The notes under the pieces were generated by a model that was not told the DNA's origin, searched no databases, and worked only from the letters and a program-made list of their open reading frames with translations. From positions 87,819 to 151,818 of the forward strand of contig JAUSCZ010000023.1 of the NCBI GenBank assembly GCA_030674475.1: a DNA stretch of 64,000 nucleotides. Direction: 5' to 3'. The position numbers and the translations under genes are program-made. Of the stretch, positions 19,489 through 30,600 are shown piece after piece (position 1 is the stretch's first letter; every line of letters starts with the position of its first letter). This stretch comes from Candidatus Omnitrophota bacterium (GTDB lineage: Bacteria; Omnitrophota; Gorgyraeia; Gygaellales; UBA12090).

Positions 19489-21495
19489 GTGACAATCAAT
19501 TTTAAAGAAAGCGCAAATTTTATCTGGGGTATTGCCGATCTTTTGCGCGGTGACTATAAACAGTCCGAATATGGTCGTATAATACTGCCTCTCACGGTTT
19601 TACGGCGTTTGGACTGTGTGCTTGAGCCGACCAAGGAAGCGGTTTTGTCATATCTTCCGCAGACCAAAGGCTTATCTCCGGAAGCCGCTGAGACGGTGCT
19701 TAAGAAAAAAGCGAAGTTGTCATTTTGTAATAAGAGCAAATTTGATTTCCAAAAACTGGTTGCCGACCCGAACGATATCGCCGTTAATCTTCGCAATTAC
19801 ATCAATGGTTTCTCCAAAAATGCCCGCAATATTCTGGAGCATTTCAACTTTGATGACCACATCGAGCGGCTCGATAAATCAAACCTCTTATATATGATCG
19901 TCAAGCGTTTTGCCGAAGTTGATTTGCATCCGAACAAGATCCAAAACATCGAGATGGGCTATATATTTGAAGAGCTTATCCGCAAATTCGCTGACTTATC
20001 AAACGAGACTGCCGGAGAACACTTTACGCCTCGTGAAGTTATTCGGCTTATGGTTAATATTCTCTTTCTAAACGACAAGGATGTCCTTACAAAGAAAGGA
20101 ATCGTTAAAACCTTATATGACCCGGCCTGTGGAACCGGCGGCATGCTTTCTGTGGCAGAAGAATATCTTCGCGAGCTTAACCCCGATGCGGATTTACGCG
20201 TATTCGGTCAAGAGTTAAATCCCGAGTCTTACGCTATTTGCAATTCCGATATGCTCATCAAGGGGCAGAATACCGATCACATCAAGTTTGGCAACTCTTT
20301 TACGCAAGACGGCCTTAAGGATGAAAAGTTTGATTATATGCTTAGCAATCCGCCTTTTGGCGTGGAGTGGAAAAAGATAGAAGAAGAGATTACTAAAGAA
20401 TACGAGCAGTTAGGTTTCTCCGGCCGTTTTGGCGCGGGGTTTCCGCGGATTAGCGACGGGTCTTTTCTGTTTCTACAGCATATGATTTCAAAGATGAAGC
20501 CGGAGAATGGCGGCGCGCGGCTGGGGATAGTCTTTAATGGTTCGCCTCTTTTTTCAGGCGGAGCCGGAAGCGGTGAAAGCGAAATCCGCAAATGGATCAT
20601 TGAAAATGATATGCTTGAGGCCATTATCGCGATGCCGGATCAGCTTTTCTATAACACCGGTATTTCAACTTATATCTGGATTGTTACCAACCGTAAGCTC
20701 AAGGATCGTAAAGGAAGAATTCAACTTATCAACGCGGTCGGATTCTTCAAGAAGATGTCCCGGAGCCTCGGCAACAAACGTAATGAGATCAGCGATGAAC
20801 ATATCGCGGAGGTCACAAAGATTTATGGCGCGTTTAAAAATGGGGAATTCAGCAAGATCTTTCCTAATGAGTATTTTGGGTATACCCGTGTAACGGTCGA
20901 GCGGCCATTGCGGTTGAATTTTCAAACTTCCAATGAGAGGATCTCCCGGCTGGATCAGCAAACAGGATTCGTTAATCTTGCCAAGTCTAAGAAAAAAGGC
21001 AGGGAAGGTATCAAAGAGGTTGAGGAAGGCGAAAAATCACAGAAAGCAATCAAAGCTATGCTTGCGGGAATAGACGGAACTCATTTCTATAAGAACCGGG
21101 AGAAGTTTGTAAGGGTTATGGAAGCGGCTATAGATAAGGCTGAATTAAAGATTAAAGCGCCGGTAATAAAAGCTATTCTTGGGGCCCTTTCGGAGAGGGA
21201 TGAGACAGCGGATGTGTGCAAGGACAGGGATGGTAAGCCGGAACCCGACAGCGAATTACGCGACTGTGAGAATGTGCCGCTCGCAGACAACATTGAAACC
21301 TATTTTAAGCGTGAAGTTCTACCTCACGTGCCGGACGCGTGGATGGACAGAGGCAGGGACAAGGTTGGATATGAGATCAACTTTACGAAGGAATTCTACA
21401 AATACAAACCATTGAGAAGCATCAAGGAGATACAAAAAGACATTTTAGAATTAGAGCAACAAACAGAAGGTTTATTAAAGGAGATTTTGCAATGA
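19489..21495 (+). CDS. hsdM: Type I restriction-modification methyltransferase subunit M
   Basis: GEHFTPREV, DPACGTGG (motif I) and NPPF (motif IV). Start set to GTG 19489 behind AGGAG; the ORF track opens at 19411. Confidence 0.95.
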   Translation: MTINFKESANFIWGIADLLRGDYKQSEYGRIILPLTVLRRLDCVLEPTKEAVLSYLPQTKGLSPEAAETVLKKKAKLSFCNKSKFDFQKLVADPNDIAVNLRNYINGFSKNARNILEHFNFDDHIERLDKSNLLYMIVKRFAEVDLHPNKIQNIEMGYIFEELIRKFADLSNETAGEHFTPREVIRLMVNILFLNDKDVLTKKGIVKTLYDPACGTGGMLSVAEEYLRELNPDADLRVFGQELNPESYAICNSDMLIKGQNTDHIKFGNSFTQDGLKDEKFDYMLSNPPFGVEWKKIEEEITKEYEQLGFSGRFGAGFPRISDGSFLFLQHMISKMKPENGGARLGIVFNGSPLFSGGAGSGESEIRKWIIENDMLEAIIAMPDQLFYNTGISTYIWIVTNRKLKDRKGRIQLINAVGFFKKMSRSLGNKRNEISDEHIAEVTKIYGAFKNGEFSKIFPNEYFGYTRVTVERPLRLNFQTSNERISRLDQQTGFVNLAKSKKKGREGIKEVEEGEKSQKAIKAMLAGIDGTHFYKNREKFVRVMEAAIDKAELKIKAPVIKAILGALSERDETADVCKDRDGKPEPDSELRDCENVPLADNIETYFKREVLPHVPDAWMDRGRDKVGYEINFTKEFYKYKPLRSIKEIQKDILELEQQTEGLLKEILQ

Positions 21496-22583
21496 AAAAA
21501 CCATATGCTCCGCAATCATTGCCGCTTGATTCATTAGATTGGGTTAGATTTGTTTCGCTTATAGGACCGGCCAATGCCGAATTGGCGCGCTATGACGGAA
21601 TTCTGCAAGGGATTCTTAACCCTAGAGTACTGCTTTCCCCGCTAACAACCAATGAGGCAGTTCTTTCTTCAAAAATTGAAGGAACGCAGGCTTCGTTACA
21701 GGAAGTTTTGGAGTTTGAGGCATCCCCTGATTTAAGAACAGAGAAGCGAGAAGATATTCTGGAGATTCTCAATTATCGTAAGGCGATGCAGTTGTCCGTA
21801 GATTGGCTTAAGTCCAAGCCCATTACGCTTAATATGATCAAGGATGTTCATAACACGCTTTTAGACAGCGTGAGAGGTAAGGATAAAGCCCGCGGGCAAT
21901 TTCGCAGGTTACAAAATTGGATTGGGAAACCCGGGACGCCCATGGAAGAAGCTATGTATATTCCTCCAGACCCTATGTTTCTCATGGATCATTTATCCAA
22001 TTTTGAGAAATATATCCATTTTGATGAAAAAGACCGGCTTGTTCAGTTAGCCATCGTTCACGCGCAGTTTGAAATTATTCATCCTTTTTTAGATGGGAAT
22101 GGACGTTTGGGGCGTATTCTGATACCACTCTTTCTTTATGAGAAGAAAGCATTAGGGTCGCCGATGTTTTATATCAGTGAATATCTGGAATCCCATCGCG
22201 ATGAATATTACGCCAGGTTGAACGCGATAACCTCCGATGGGCAATGGAACGACTGGATTGAGTTTTTCTTAAAAGCCGTGCTTGAACAGGCAAAGAATAA
22301 TAGCGCAAAGGCAAAGGCTATCTTAGATCTTTACAATGCCAAAAAAGATAAGATTATGGCCGTAACTCATTCGCAATATACAGTTAAAATTTTGGATACT
22401 TTATTCAAGACGCCGATTTTTAATATGACTGATTTTATAAAAATTTCAGGTATTCCCAAAGCAAGCGCAACCCGAATTCTGAATATTCTTAAAAAAGAAG
22501 AAATGCTGGCGGTTTTACATCAAGGGAGAGGGAGATCTCCCGGGGTTATGGCTTTTACCAAATTATTAAAGATTTGTGGCTAA
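21492..22583 (+). CDS. Fic family protein with N-terminal DUF4172-like region and C-terminal HTH
   Basis: EAVLSSKIEG and canonical HPFLDGNGRLGR motif. Confidence 0.92.
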   Translation: MKKPYAPQSLPLDSLDWVRFVSLIGPANAELARYDGILQGILNPRVLLSPLTTNEAVLSSKIEGTQASLQEVLEFEASPDLRTEKREDILEILNYRKAMQLSVDWLKSKPITLNMIKDVHNTLLDSVRGKDKARGQFRRLQNWIGKPGTPMEEAMYIPPDPMFLMDHLSNFEKYIHFDEKDRLVQLAIVHAQFEIIHPFLDGNGRLGRILIPLFLYEKKALGSPMFYISEYLESHRDEYYARLNAITSDGQWNDWIEFFLKAVLEQAKNNSAKAKAILDLYNAKKDKIMAVTHSQYTVKILDTLFKTPIFNMTDFIKISGIPKASATRILNILKKEEMLAVLHQGRGRSPGVMAFTKLLKICG

Positions 22584-22643
22584 TAAAATTGCCTTTATCG
22601 TACATAACAATTCTTGTGTATATTCTATTGCGCGCAAATTACT

Positions 22644-22677
22644 TTGTGTCTCGTAATATCATATAAATGAGACACAA
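22644..22677. other. Inverted repeat (terminator or operator candidate)
   Basis: ttgtgtctc-N16-gagacacaa. Confidence 0.4.
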
Positions 22678-22744
22678 ATTGGTTTATGAATAATGCGTGA
22701 AACACGAGCCATTTATAGCATAACTCATTATTTAACAGACGGTT

Positions 22745-22861
22745 ATGAAATACATAAAAATAGAATATCAGTCTTTACGTAGCCTTGAGGAAATTAGCAA
22801 AGATATCCTGGCCCTGGAAAAAGGAACTGAGGGGTTGATGGATGAGATTTTGGGAGGATAG
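22745..22861 (+). pseudogene. 38-aa ORF that is a diverged duplicate of the HsdM C-terminal helix
   Basis: EYQSLRSLEEISKDILALEKGTEGLMDEIL versus HsdM KYKPLRSIKEIQKDILELEQQTEGLLKEIL. Confidence 0.8.
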
Positions 22862-22866
22862 ATAGT

Positions 22867-24213
22867 ATGAGTAACAATGATAATTATAGGATTGGAGAAC
22901 ATATCCGTGAAGACGGAAAGAAATATGCGGAGTTTGATACATTGGGTTTTGACTCTACGCGGGAAATTTTCATAAAAGTCATTAAGCCTGCGGGGCCTCC
23001 TCTGACGATTGGACTATATGGCTCGTGGGGAAGCGGAAAAACTGAGATGATAAAGGCGCTGGAAGAGGATTTAAAAACCAGCGACTGTTTAACGTTGATT
23101 TTTGATGCGTGGAAATATAGATATGAATGCAACTTGATTTTGCCTCTTATCTGTGCCCTTCAGCGGGAGCATCTATCTAAAATTGAGGATGCCAAAGATA
23201 GCGCTAAGAAGATAGTAACAAGCGCCGCGCTGGTTATGGCTAATCAGTTTCTTAAAAATAAGATAGGAGTTAATATCGGAGAAGTAAAGATGGCTCTCCA
23301 GACTTATGAGGAGGAATACAAACACTACAAGAAATACGATGATAATGTTGCGTTGATAGAGAAAGAATATAAGGATTTTATTGGGGTCCTTTTGAATAAA
23401 ACAGAGAAGAAAAAATTAACAGTATTCATCGATAATCTTGATCGTTGCCTTCCGGATATTACTGTAAACCTTTTAGAGGATATTTCTAGTTTTCTTTCGA
23501 TTCAAGGGGTGCCATGTATTTACGTGTTAGCAATGGATAAAGAGAATGTTATTAAGGCAATAAATCATCGTTACCCGGATTTTGACGGAATGCATTATTT
23601 AGAGAAAATCGTACATATCGGATTGAAGATGCCTTTGCCACGTAAAAGAGAAAATCACAACTCCAGTTATGGGACATATCATTTTCTCAAAAGATATGAG
23701 TGGGGTAAAAAATATGAAGCAGTTTCAAAATCTGGGGATTCAAGGGATAAATTGTTTGAAAGATTAGTTGCTATCGATAATGTGTTTGGAGGTGACCTTT
23801 TAGGAAATCCTCGGCGTGCAGAGCGTATCGTGAATAAGCTGATGATGTTAGAGATAATGGGGTTATTCCAGGCAGAAAGAAGCCATGACGACGTCTCTAT
23901 GTTGATTTTTTTATTGCTTCTTTGCGAGTATTTCCCGAAAATTTACGAGTCTTTAAAAGATAATGCGGATTTTAAATATCTGTTGGAAAATTTACAGATG
24001 TGCAAACAAAAAGAAACCACGCCATTTAATCAAAGAAAAGAAAGAGAAAGGCTTGAACCAAACTCGCGCATTCCAAACGAGATTATCTTTAATGCATATT
24101 GCGACGATGAAAAATTTTTCCATTTTATTAGAGACTTTGCAGATTTGGCAAATATTAATGATCTGCCAAAAAGGTTGATGGAAATAAAAAGTAATTTGGG
24201 TTATATCGGATGA
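22867..24213 (+). CDS. KAP family P-loop NTPase
   Basis: TIGLYGSWGSGKT, FDAWKY, VFIDNLDRCLP, YLEKIV and NPRR motifs. Confidence 0.9.
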   Translation: MSNNDNYRIGEHIREDGKKYAEFDTLGFDSTREIFIKVIKPAGPPLTIGLYGSWGSGKTEMIKALEEDLKTSDCLTLIFDAWKYRYECNLILPLICALQREHLSKIEDAKDSAKKIVTSAALVMANQFLKNKIGVNIGEVKMALQTYEEEYKHYKKYDDNVALIEKEYKDFIGVLLNKTEKKKLTVFIDNLDRCLPDITVNLLEDISSFLSIQGVPCIYVLAMDKENVIKAINHRYPDFDGMHYLEKIVHIGLKMPLPRKRENHNSSYGTYHFLKRYEWGKKYEAVSKSGDSRDKLFERLVAIDNVFGGDLLGNPRRAERIVNKLMMLEIMGLFQAERSHDDVSMLIFLLLLCEYFPKIYESLKDNADFKYLLENLQMCKQKETTPFNQRKERERLEPNSRIPNEIIFNAYCDDEKFFHFIRDFADLANINDLPKRLMEIKSNLGYIG

Positions 24214-24229
24214 TGGCGAAGAAGAACTT

Positions 24230-25474
24230 ATGAAAAGGTATCCTGTATATAAAAATTCGGGGATTGAGTGGATTGGGAAAGTGCCGCAAGATTGGCAAGT
24301 TAATCGCCTGAAAACAGTCTGTACTTTTACCTATGGAGATTCTTTGGCGGATGAAGATCGGATTGAGGGCGGCATCCCTGTTTATGGCTCAAACGGAATT
24401 GTCGGTTATCATAACAAAGCAATTACCCATAAGCCGTGCATTATTATCGGGCGCAAAGGTTCATACGGCAAAGTGAATTTTTCGCAAACAGAATGCTTCC
24501 CAATTGATACTACCTATTTTGTTGATGATCGTTCAGCAAAATGTGATTTGAAATGGCTTAGCTATGTTTTGCCGCTTTTAGAACTGGATAAATTTTCCAA
24601 GGACACCGGCGTTCCAGGGCTTAATCGCGAAGATGCGCATGATAAAAGAGTGCCAATTCCTGAAAGTGAGGTTAAAAAAGTCATTACTGATTATCTTAAC
24701 CGCAAGACGGCGCAGATTGATGACCTGATTGCTAAAAAAGAGCGCATGATTGAGCTTCTCAAGGAGGAGCGGACGGTGATTATCAATCAGGCTGTGACAA
24801 AGGGGCTTAATCCCAAAGCTGAAATGAAAGAATCTGGCATTGAATGGTTAGGTAGGGTACCGAAACATTGGAGACTAAAACGGCTGAAATATGTCGTCAA
24901 TATCAATCCAGTAAGACCAAATACAATTTCAGAAGAATCAAAGGTTATTTTTATAGCCATGGAATCTATGAGTACTGACGGAACTTATGACAATTCTGTT
25001 ATGCGTTCATATTTAGAAGTAAAGACCGGATTTACTTATTTTGCTGAAGACGATGTAATTTTTGCTAAAATAACACCATGTTTTGAAAATGGCAAGGGGG
25101 CATTACTCCGTAATTTAGGATCTGCCATTGGCTTTGGCTCAACAGAATTTCATGTTTTGCGTTCAGTGAGAAATGAAACAATTCCAGAATATTTGTATTT
25201 TCTTACAATCTCTGGGTTATTCCGGAGATTAGGCGAAGCATTTATGCAGGGCGTGGCTGGACAGAAAAGAGTAACAAACGATTTTGTGCAAAATTTTCTT
25301 ATTGGAGTGCCTCCGATTGATGAGCAAGAGGCCATTTCCTCTTTTCTTGCAGATAAAATAAGAAAAATCGATGCGCAAGTGGCGCGAGAACAAAAATCAA
25401 TCGAGCTGCTCAAAGAATACCGCACTTCTTTGATCTCTGAAGTAGTAACGGGGAAAATCTGTTTATGCGAGTAA
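24230..25474 (+). CDS. hsdS: Type I restriction-modification specificity subunit S
   Basis: Two repeats of SGIEW.G.VP..W; conserved helices ID.LI......ELLKE.R...I..AVT. Confidence 0.95.
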   Translation: MKRYPVYKNSGIEWIGKVPQDWQVNRLKTVCTFTYGDSLADEDRIEGGIPVYGSNGIVGYHNKAITHKPCIIIGRKGSYGKVNFSQTECFPIDTTYFVDDRSAKCDLKWLSYVLPLLELDKFSKDTGVPGLNREDAHDKRVPIPESEVKKVITDYLNRKTAQIDDLIAKKERMIELLKEERTVIINQAVTKGLNPKAEMKESGIEWLGRVPKHWRLKRLKYVVNINPVRPNTISEESKVIFIAMESMSTDGTYDNSVMRSYLEVKTGFTYFAEDDVIFAKITPCFENGKGALLRNLGSAIGFGSTEFHVLRSVRNETIPEYLYFLTISGLFRRLGEAFMQGVAGQKRVTNDFVQNFLIGVPPIDEQEAISSFLADKIRKIDAQVAREQKSIELLKEYRTSLISEVVTGKICLCE

Positions 25475-25492
25475 TGTTACGAGGTGTTGATT

Positions 25493-26692
25493 ATGCCACA
25501 TAGTATTCCGGCACTTGTTACGCCATCGGTTATGAGGTGGGCGCGAGAACAGGCAGGGTTTGACATCCCGACTGCTGCGCATCGTATTGGACGTTCAGAA
25601 GCAGATATTCGAGCATGGGAAAATGAAGCGACAACGACAAGGCCAACTTTGGCGCAAGCTCGTAAAGCAGCTGAAGTATATCGTAGGGCACTGGCAGTTT
25701 TTTATCTATCGGAACCACCCAAAGGATACCAAGTTATTAGGGACTTTAGACATTTAACAGATGCCAGTCTGCAAGCATTTAGTCCTGAATTGATGCAGGT
25801 AATTAATTTATTAGAATATAGACAAGAGTGGTTAAGAGAGTGGCGGATTGAAGAAGGGGAAAAAAAGATTGATTTTATTGGGTCTATAGCGATTACTATG
25901 GCGCCAGATAAAGTCGCTGGTGAAATAAAAGATAAGCTAGGCGTTGATTTCAAAGAGCATTTTAAGCGTCGGACTCGCGAGGATACATTATTGTTATGGG
26001 TTCGTTATGCAGAAGCTTTAGGCATTAATATCTGTCGTCAAGGCGAAATTGCATGTGAAGAAGCTAGGGGCTTCGTACTAACGGATGAATACGCCCCCTT
26101 TGTGTATATTAATAGTTCTGATGCAAAGGTGGCCCAACTTTTTACCTTAGTTCATGAGTTGGTACATTTGTGGCTTAACTTGTCAGGTATTTCTAATCTT
26201 GAAGGTATTGGGCGCACTGGGAAGACAGAAAACGACCGGATTGAAATATTTTGCAATAAAGTCGCATCGTTAGTATTGCTGGATGATAAACTATTCTTAG
26301 AGAAATGGGCAAAAACAGATACAAACGACCCTCTTGAAAAAAAGATAGCAGATGTCGCTAACATTGCAAAGGTTAGCGATGAAGTAGTTGCTAGGCGTCT
26401 TTTAGACAAGAGTATAATTACCATTGATAAATACGTTGATTTACGCAGGCAGTTTCAAGAGCGCTGGATACAGCATAAAAAAGACGCAAAGATTAGAAGA
26501 CAGGATTCCAAGGGTTATCCTTCTCCGCACTTAATGGCTGTCTTGGGAAATGGAAGGCTTTTTACCACAGCTGTCTTAGATTCATATTCTGGGGGATTTT
26601 TGTCGAGTACAATCGCGGCTAGTTTGTTAAATGCGAAAGTTAACAATTTCCAGAAGCTATCCGTATATGCCGGTATGGGTGAGGGGAAATAA
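25493..26692 (+). CDS. XRE-HTH plus ImmA/IrrE-type Zn metallopeptidase
   Basis: N-terminal HTH (WAREQAG...WE....PTLAQ), FTLVHELVH zincin motif, EIFCN; ORF track start is 25484. Confidence 0.88.
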   Translation: MPHSIPALVTPSVMRWAREQAGFDIPTAAHRIGRSEADIRAWENEATTTRPTLAQARKAAEVYRRALAVFYLSEPPKGYQVIRDFRHLTDASLQAFSPELMQVINLLEYRQEWLREWRIEEGEKKIDFIGSIAITMAPDKVAGEIKDKLGVDFKEHFKRRTREDTLLLWVRYAEALGINICRQGEIACEEARGFVLTDEYAPFVYINSSDAKVAQLFTLVHELVHLWLNLSGISNLEGIGRTGKTENDRIEIFCNKVASLVLLDDKLFLEKWAKTDTNDPLEKKIADVANIAKVSDEVVARRLLDKSIITIDKYVDLRRQFQERWIQHKKDAKIRRQDSKGYPSPHLMAVLGNGRLFTTAVLDSYSGGFLSSTIAASLLNAKVNNFQKLSVYAGMGEGK

Positions 26693-27186
26693 TGGACTTG
26701 AATAAGAAATACTGTCTTGATGCCAATGCATTTATTGAGCCATGGAATAAATATTTCACTATTAACCGGTGTCCTGGATATTGGGATATTTTAGAGGATT
26801 TGGGCAAGAAGCTAATTATTTTTTGCCCTGATCAAGTTAAGCGAGAAATTGATAGGGTCGACGATGGTCTAAAATCGTGGCTCGATGCGAGGCATTTCTT
26901 CTTTAGGCAAGAAACAGAGGTTGTACAGCAACATGTGCGTACGATTTTAAAAGCATTTCCTCAGTTAATCAATGTTGGGGCAAATCGGTCTATGGCCGAT
27001 CCATGGGTTATTGCTCACGCAATGGCTGAACAGGCGGTTGTAGTAAGTAAAGAATATCTGGTGCGTCCGGGACAGAAGAGTGCACAAATAAAGGTCCCAG
27101 ATGTGTGTAAGCATTTCAAGATCGCCTGTATTAATGATTTTAGTTTTATTGATGAGCTTGGCATAAAATTTAAGGCTAGTATTTAA
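26692..27186 (+). CDS. PIN-like protein (DUF4411 family)
   Basis: YCLDANAFI, V..EI, ADPWVIAHA, VVS.E and K.PDVC; the usual partner of ImmA/IrrE genes. Confidence 0.85.
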   Translation: MDLNKKYCLDANAFIEPWNKYFTINRCPGYWDILEDLGKKLIIFCPDQVKREIDRVDDGLKSWLDARHFFFRQETEVVQQHVRTILKAFPQLINVGANRSMADPWVIAHAMAEQAVVVSKEYLVRPGQKSAQIKVPDVCKHFKIACINDFSFIDELGIKFKASI

Positions 27187-27631
27187 ATTTGCGGATGAGG
27201 CAGTTTAAGTGCTATTTATAGTTTTTTTGAAGGGTTAATGAGGAGCTGGGGGGATTGATAAAATGAAAAGGGGCTGTTAGGTTCGGGCCAACAACCCCTC
27301 AGAAATGCCGACGGCTTTACTTGGTAAAGCCTTTATATAGTATATCATAGCATAGCATATATGCAAAAAAATAAAATTTTAGTGGATGGTGCAAAGTTGT
27401 TATTGAAATACGTGCATCAACAATGCAAGAAATATTACTCCAACCGCTGGTTGGAGTAATCGGCTGAGATGTTAGCTATATTTTGTTTTGGGCCTGATTT
27501 TTTATGTAACGCGATGTAACTGAAAGTGTTTAAAAATATAAACATTATTACAATACATTGATAATAAATGAGTTATGAGCATAAAGCATGTATCTTATAT
27601 GTAATTTTTGAAATAATTTATGAGGCTTAGA

Positions 27632-30600
27632 ATGGTTTCAATTATTAACGAAAAAGCTTTTGAAGAATCCATCGAACAAAGCCTGATTGATCATGGCGGC
27701 TATGTGAAGGGCGATCCGAATAATTTCAGTCGGGATCTGGCGATTGATCAAGCGGTCCTGTTTCAGTTCATCAAGGATACCCAGAAGAATGTTTGGGATA
27801 GCTTGACGGCTATCCATGGCGCGGATGTTGAAAAGAAGTTTTTATATCGTCTCAATCAAGAACTGGACGCGCGTGGAATGCTTGATTGTTTGCGCCGCGG
27901 CGTCACTGATTATGGCAAGAAAATCATGCTCGCCTATTTTAAGCCGGTCAGCAAATTAAACCCGGAAACCCAGAAACTGTTCGATAAAAACATCCTCACC
28001 GTTACCCGGCAGGTTCATTACAGCACCAAAGATGAAAGCTCGATAGACATGCTTTTGTCTATCAACGGCCTTCCTGTGGCTACCATTGAGTTAAAGAACC
28101 CGTTTACCGGTCAGGATGTGGATGATGCCAAGCGGCAGTATAAATATGACCGCGACGAGCGTGAGCTTTTGTTTCAGTTTAAGAAGCGCGCCCTTGTCCA
28201 CTTTGCCGTGGATACGGATGTTATTTACATGACTACGCGCCTTCAGGGGAGCAAGACAAGGTATTTGCCTTTTAATAAAGGCTATAACAAAGGTTCCGGG
28301 AATCCCCCGAATCCAAGCGGCCATAAGACAGCGTATTTATGGGAAGTCGTCTTGGTAAAAGATAGCTGGATGGATATCTTGGGAAGATTTTTGCATTTAG
28401 AAGTTGAAGAAAAGGCTTTTGATGGTAGAAAGTTCAAGATTGAGACACTGATATTCCCGCGCTATCACCAGCTTGATAGCGTCCGGAAGCTTTCCTCCGA
28501 TGCTCTTGCAAATGGAGCAGGAAAGAATTATTTGATTCAACACAGCGCCGGGAGCGGAAAAAGCAATTCTATCGCATGGCTTGCCTATCATTTGGCGGGC
28601 CTGTATGACAAAGGCGATAAGCGGATATTTGACGCAGTGATTGTGATCACCGATCGCATTGTTCTGGATAAGCAGTTACAGGATACGATTTATCAATTTG
28701 AGCACAAGTTAGGGGTGGTTGAGAAGATTGACAAAGATTCTACCCAATTGGCTCAAGCTCTCACCAGCGGAACGAATATTATTATCACCACGCTTCAAAA
28801 ATTTCCCTTTGTTTTGGATAAGGTTGGGGCATTGCCTAGGCGAAATTACGCGGTTATTGTTGATGAGGCGCATAGCTCGCAGGGTGGCGAATCCGCTAAA
28901 AAAATGAAAGACGTTCTTTCGGCCCTTGATAAAACCGAGATCGTATCGGAGAAGGCCGATGAGGACGATGATATTGAAGATGAAATCCGTGAATCCATGC
29001 TTAAACGGGGCCCTCGGCCAAATTTGAGCTTCTTTGGATTTACCGCAACACCCAAAGCAAAAACGCTGGAGTTTTTTGGACAAAAGGGCATAGACGGCAA
29101 ACCACAACCATTTCATCTTTATTCTATGCGGCAGGCGATCGAAGAAAGATTTATTTTTGATGTCCTTGAAAACTACACTAGCTATCAAACATTTTTCCAG
29201 TTGTCCAAGAAGATCGAAGACGACCCGAATATGAATAAGAAAAAGGCCGCCTGCGCGATTGCGCGCTTCTTGACGCTCCATCCGTATAACTTGGCGCAGA
29301 AGACCGAGGTCATGATTGAGCATTTCCGGCAGGTCACTATGAAAAAGATCGGTGGTAAAGCTAAAGCGATGGTAGTTACGGCTTCGCGCGAGCATGTGGT
29401 GCGGTATAAACATGAGTTTGACCGTTATCTAAAAGAAAAAGGGTATAAAGATATAAAGGCTCTCGTTGCTTTTTCCGGAAAAGTTTTATTGGATGGAATT
29501 CCTCCGGAATATACCGAAGAGGGTATTAATACCTATATTGATAAACAAGGGCAAACCAGATATGTTAGGGAAAAGGAGTTACCTGGGAAGTTTGCTACTT
29601 CTGAATATCAGATTTTACTTGTAGCAGAAAAATATCAGACCGGCTACGATGAGCCGCTTTTGCATACCATGTATGTGGATAAGCGGCTTGACGGCGTTAA
29701 AGCGGTGCAGACGATGAGCCGTTTAAACAGGACGTGTCCGGGTAAAGAAGATACATTTATCTTGGACTTCGTTAATAAGCGCGAAGACATATTAGCGGCT
29801 TTCCAGCCATATTATGAGCAGACCCAGTTAAGCGATGTTACGGATCCGAACAAGCTTTACGACCTCAAAACCAAGCTGGATTCGTTTAGGGTGGTATATC
29901 AATCAGACATTGATGCATTCTGTGTCGTATTCTTCAGGAATAAAGAATTACAGACGAAGCGCGAGCATGCTCAATTGAATTCAATAGTAGATGTGGCGGT
30001 TGAGCGGTTTAAGGTAATTGAAAAAGATGAGCACAAAGAAGATTTTGTCAATACCTTGGGCGTATTTGTTCGGCTGTATGCGTTCTTGGCGCAGATTATG
30101 CCCTTTCAGGATATTGAGCTCGAGAAATTCTACGCCTATTCCCGACTATTGTTGAAAAAACTTCCGGGGCCTGACCGCGGCGAAAGGTATCATCTTGGCG
30201 ATGAGGTCGCTCTTGAGTATTACCGCCTGCAAAAAATAGCTGATGGCAAAATTCAATTGCAAAAGGATTCGGGTGCGGCTATCGAGCCGATTTCAGAGGC
30301 CGGAACAAAGAAAGACAAAGACGAATACGCCTTGTTGTCCGAAATAATCAATCTTCTTAATGACAGATTCGGGACTGATTTTACCGAAGCCGACAAGCTT
30401 TTCTTCGATCAGATTGAAGAAGAAATGGTTATGGATGAGAAATTAGGCGTTCAAGCCAAGACCAACACAATGGATAATTTCAAATACGGGTTTGAAGATG
30501 TGTTTATCGCGAAGCTTGTTGACCGGATGGATCAGAATCAGGATATCTTCAACAAAATTATGGATGACAAAGCTTTCGCGGCTGTCGTAAAAGACTATTT

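Noticed and set aside
28709-29413. 234-aa minus-strand ORF within hsdR, and other short antisense ORFs
   Set aside because: Fully overlap well-supported genes on the opposite strand and have no motifs.
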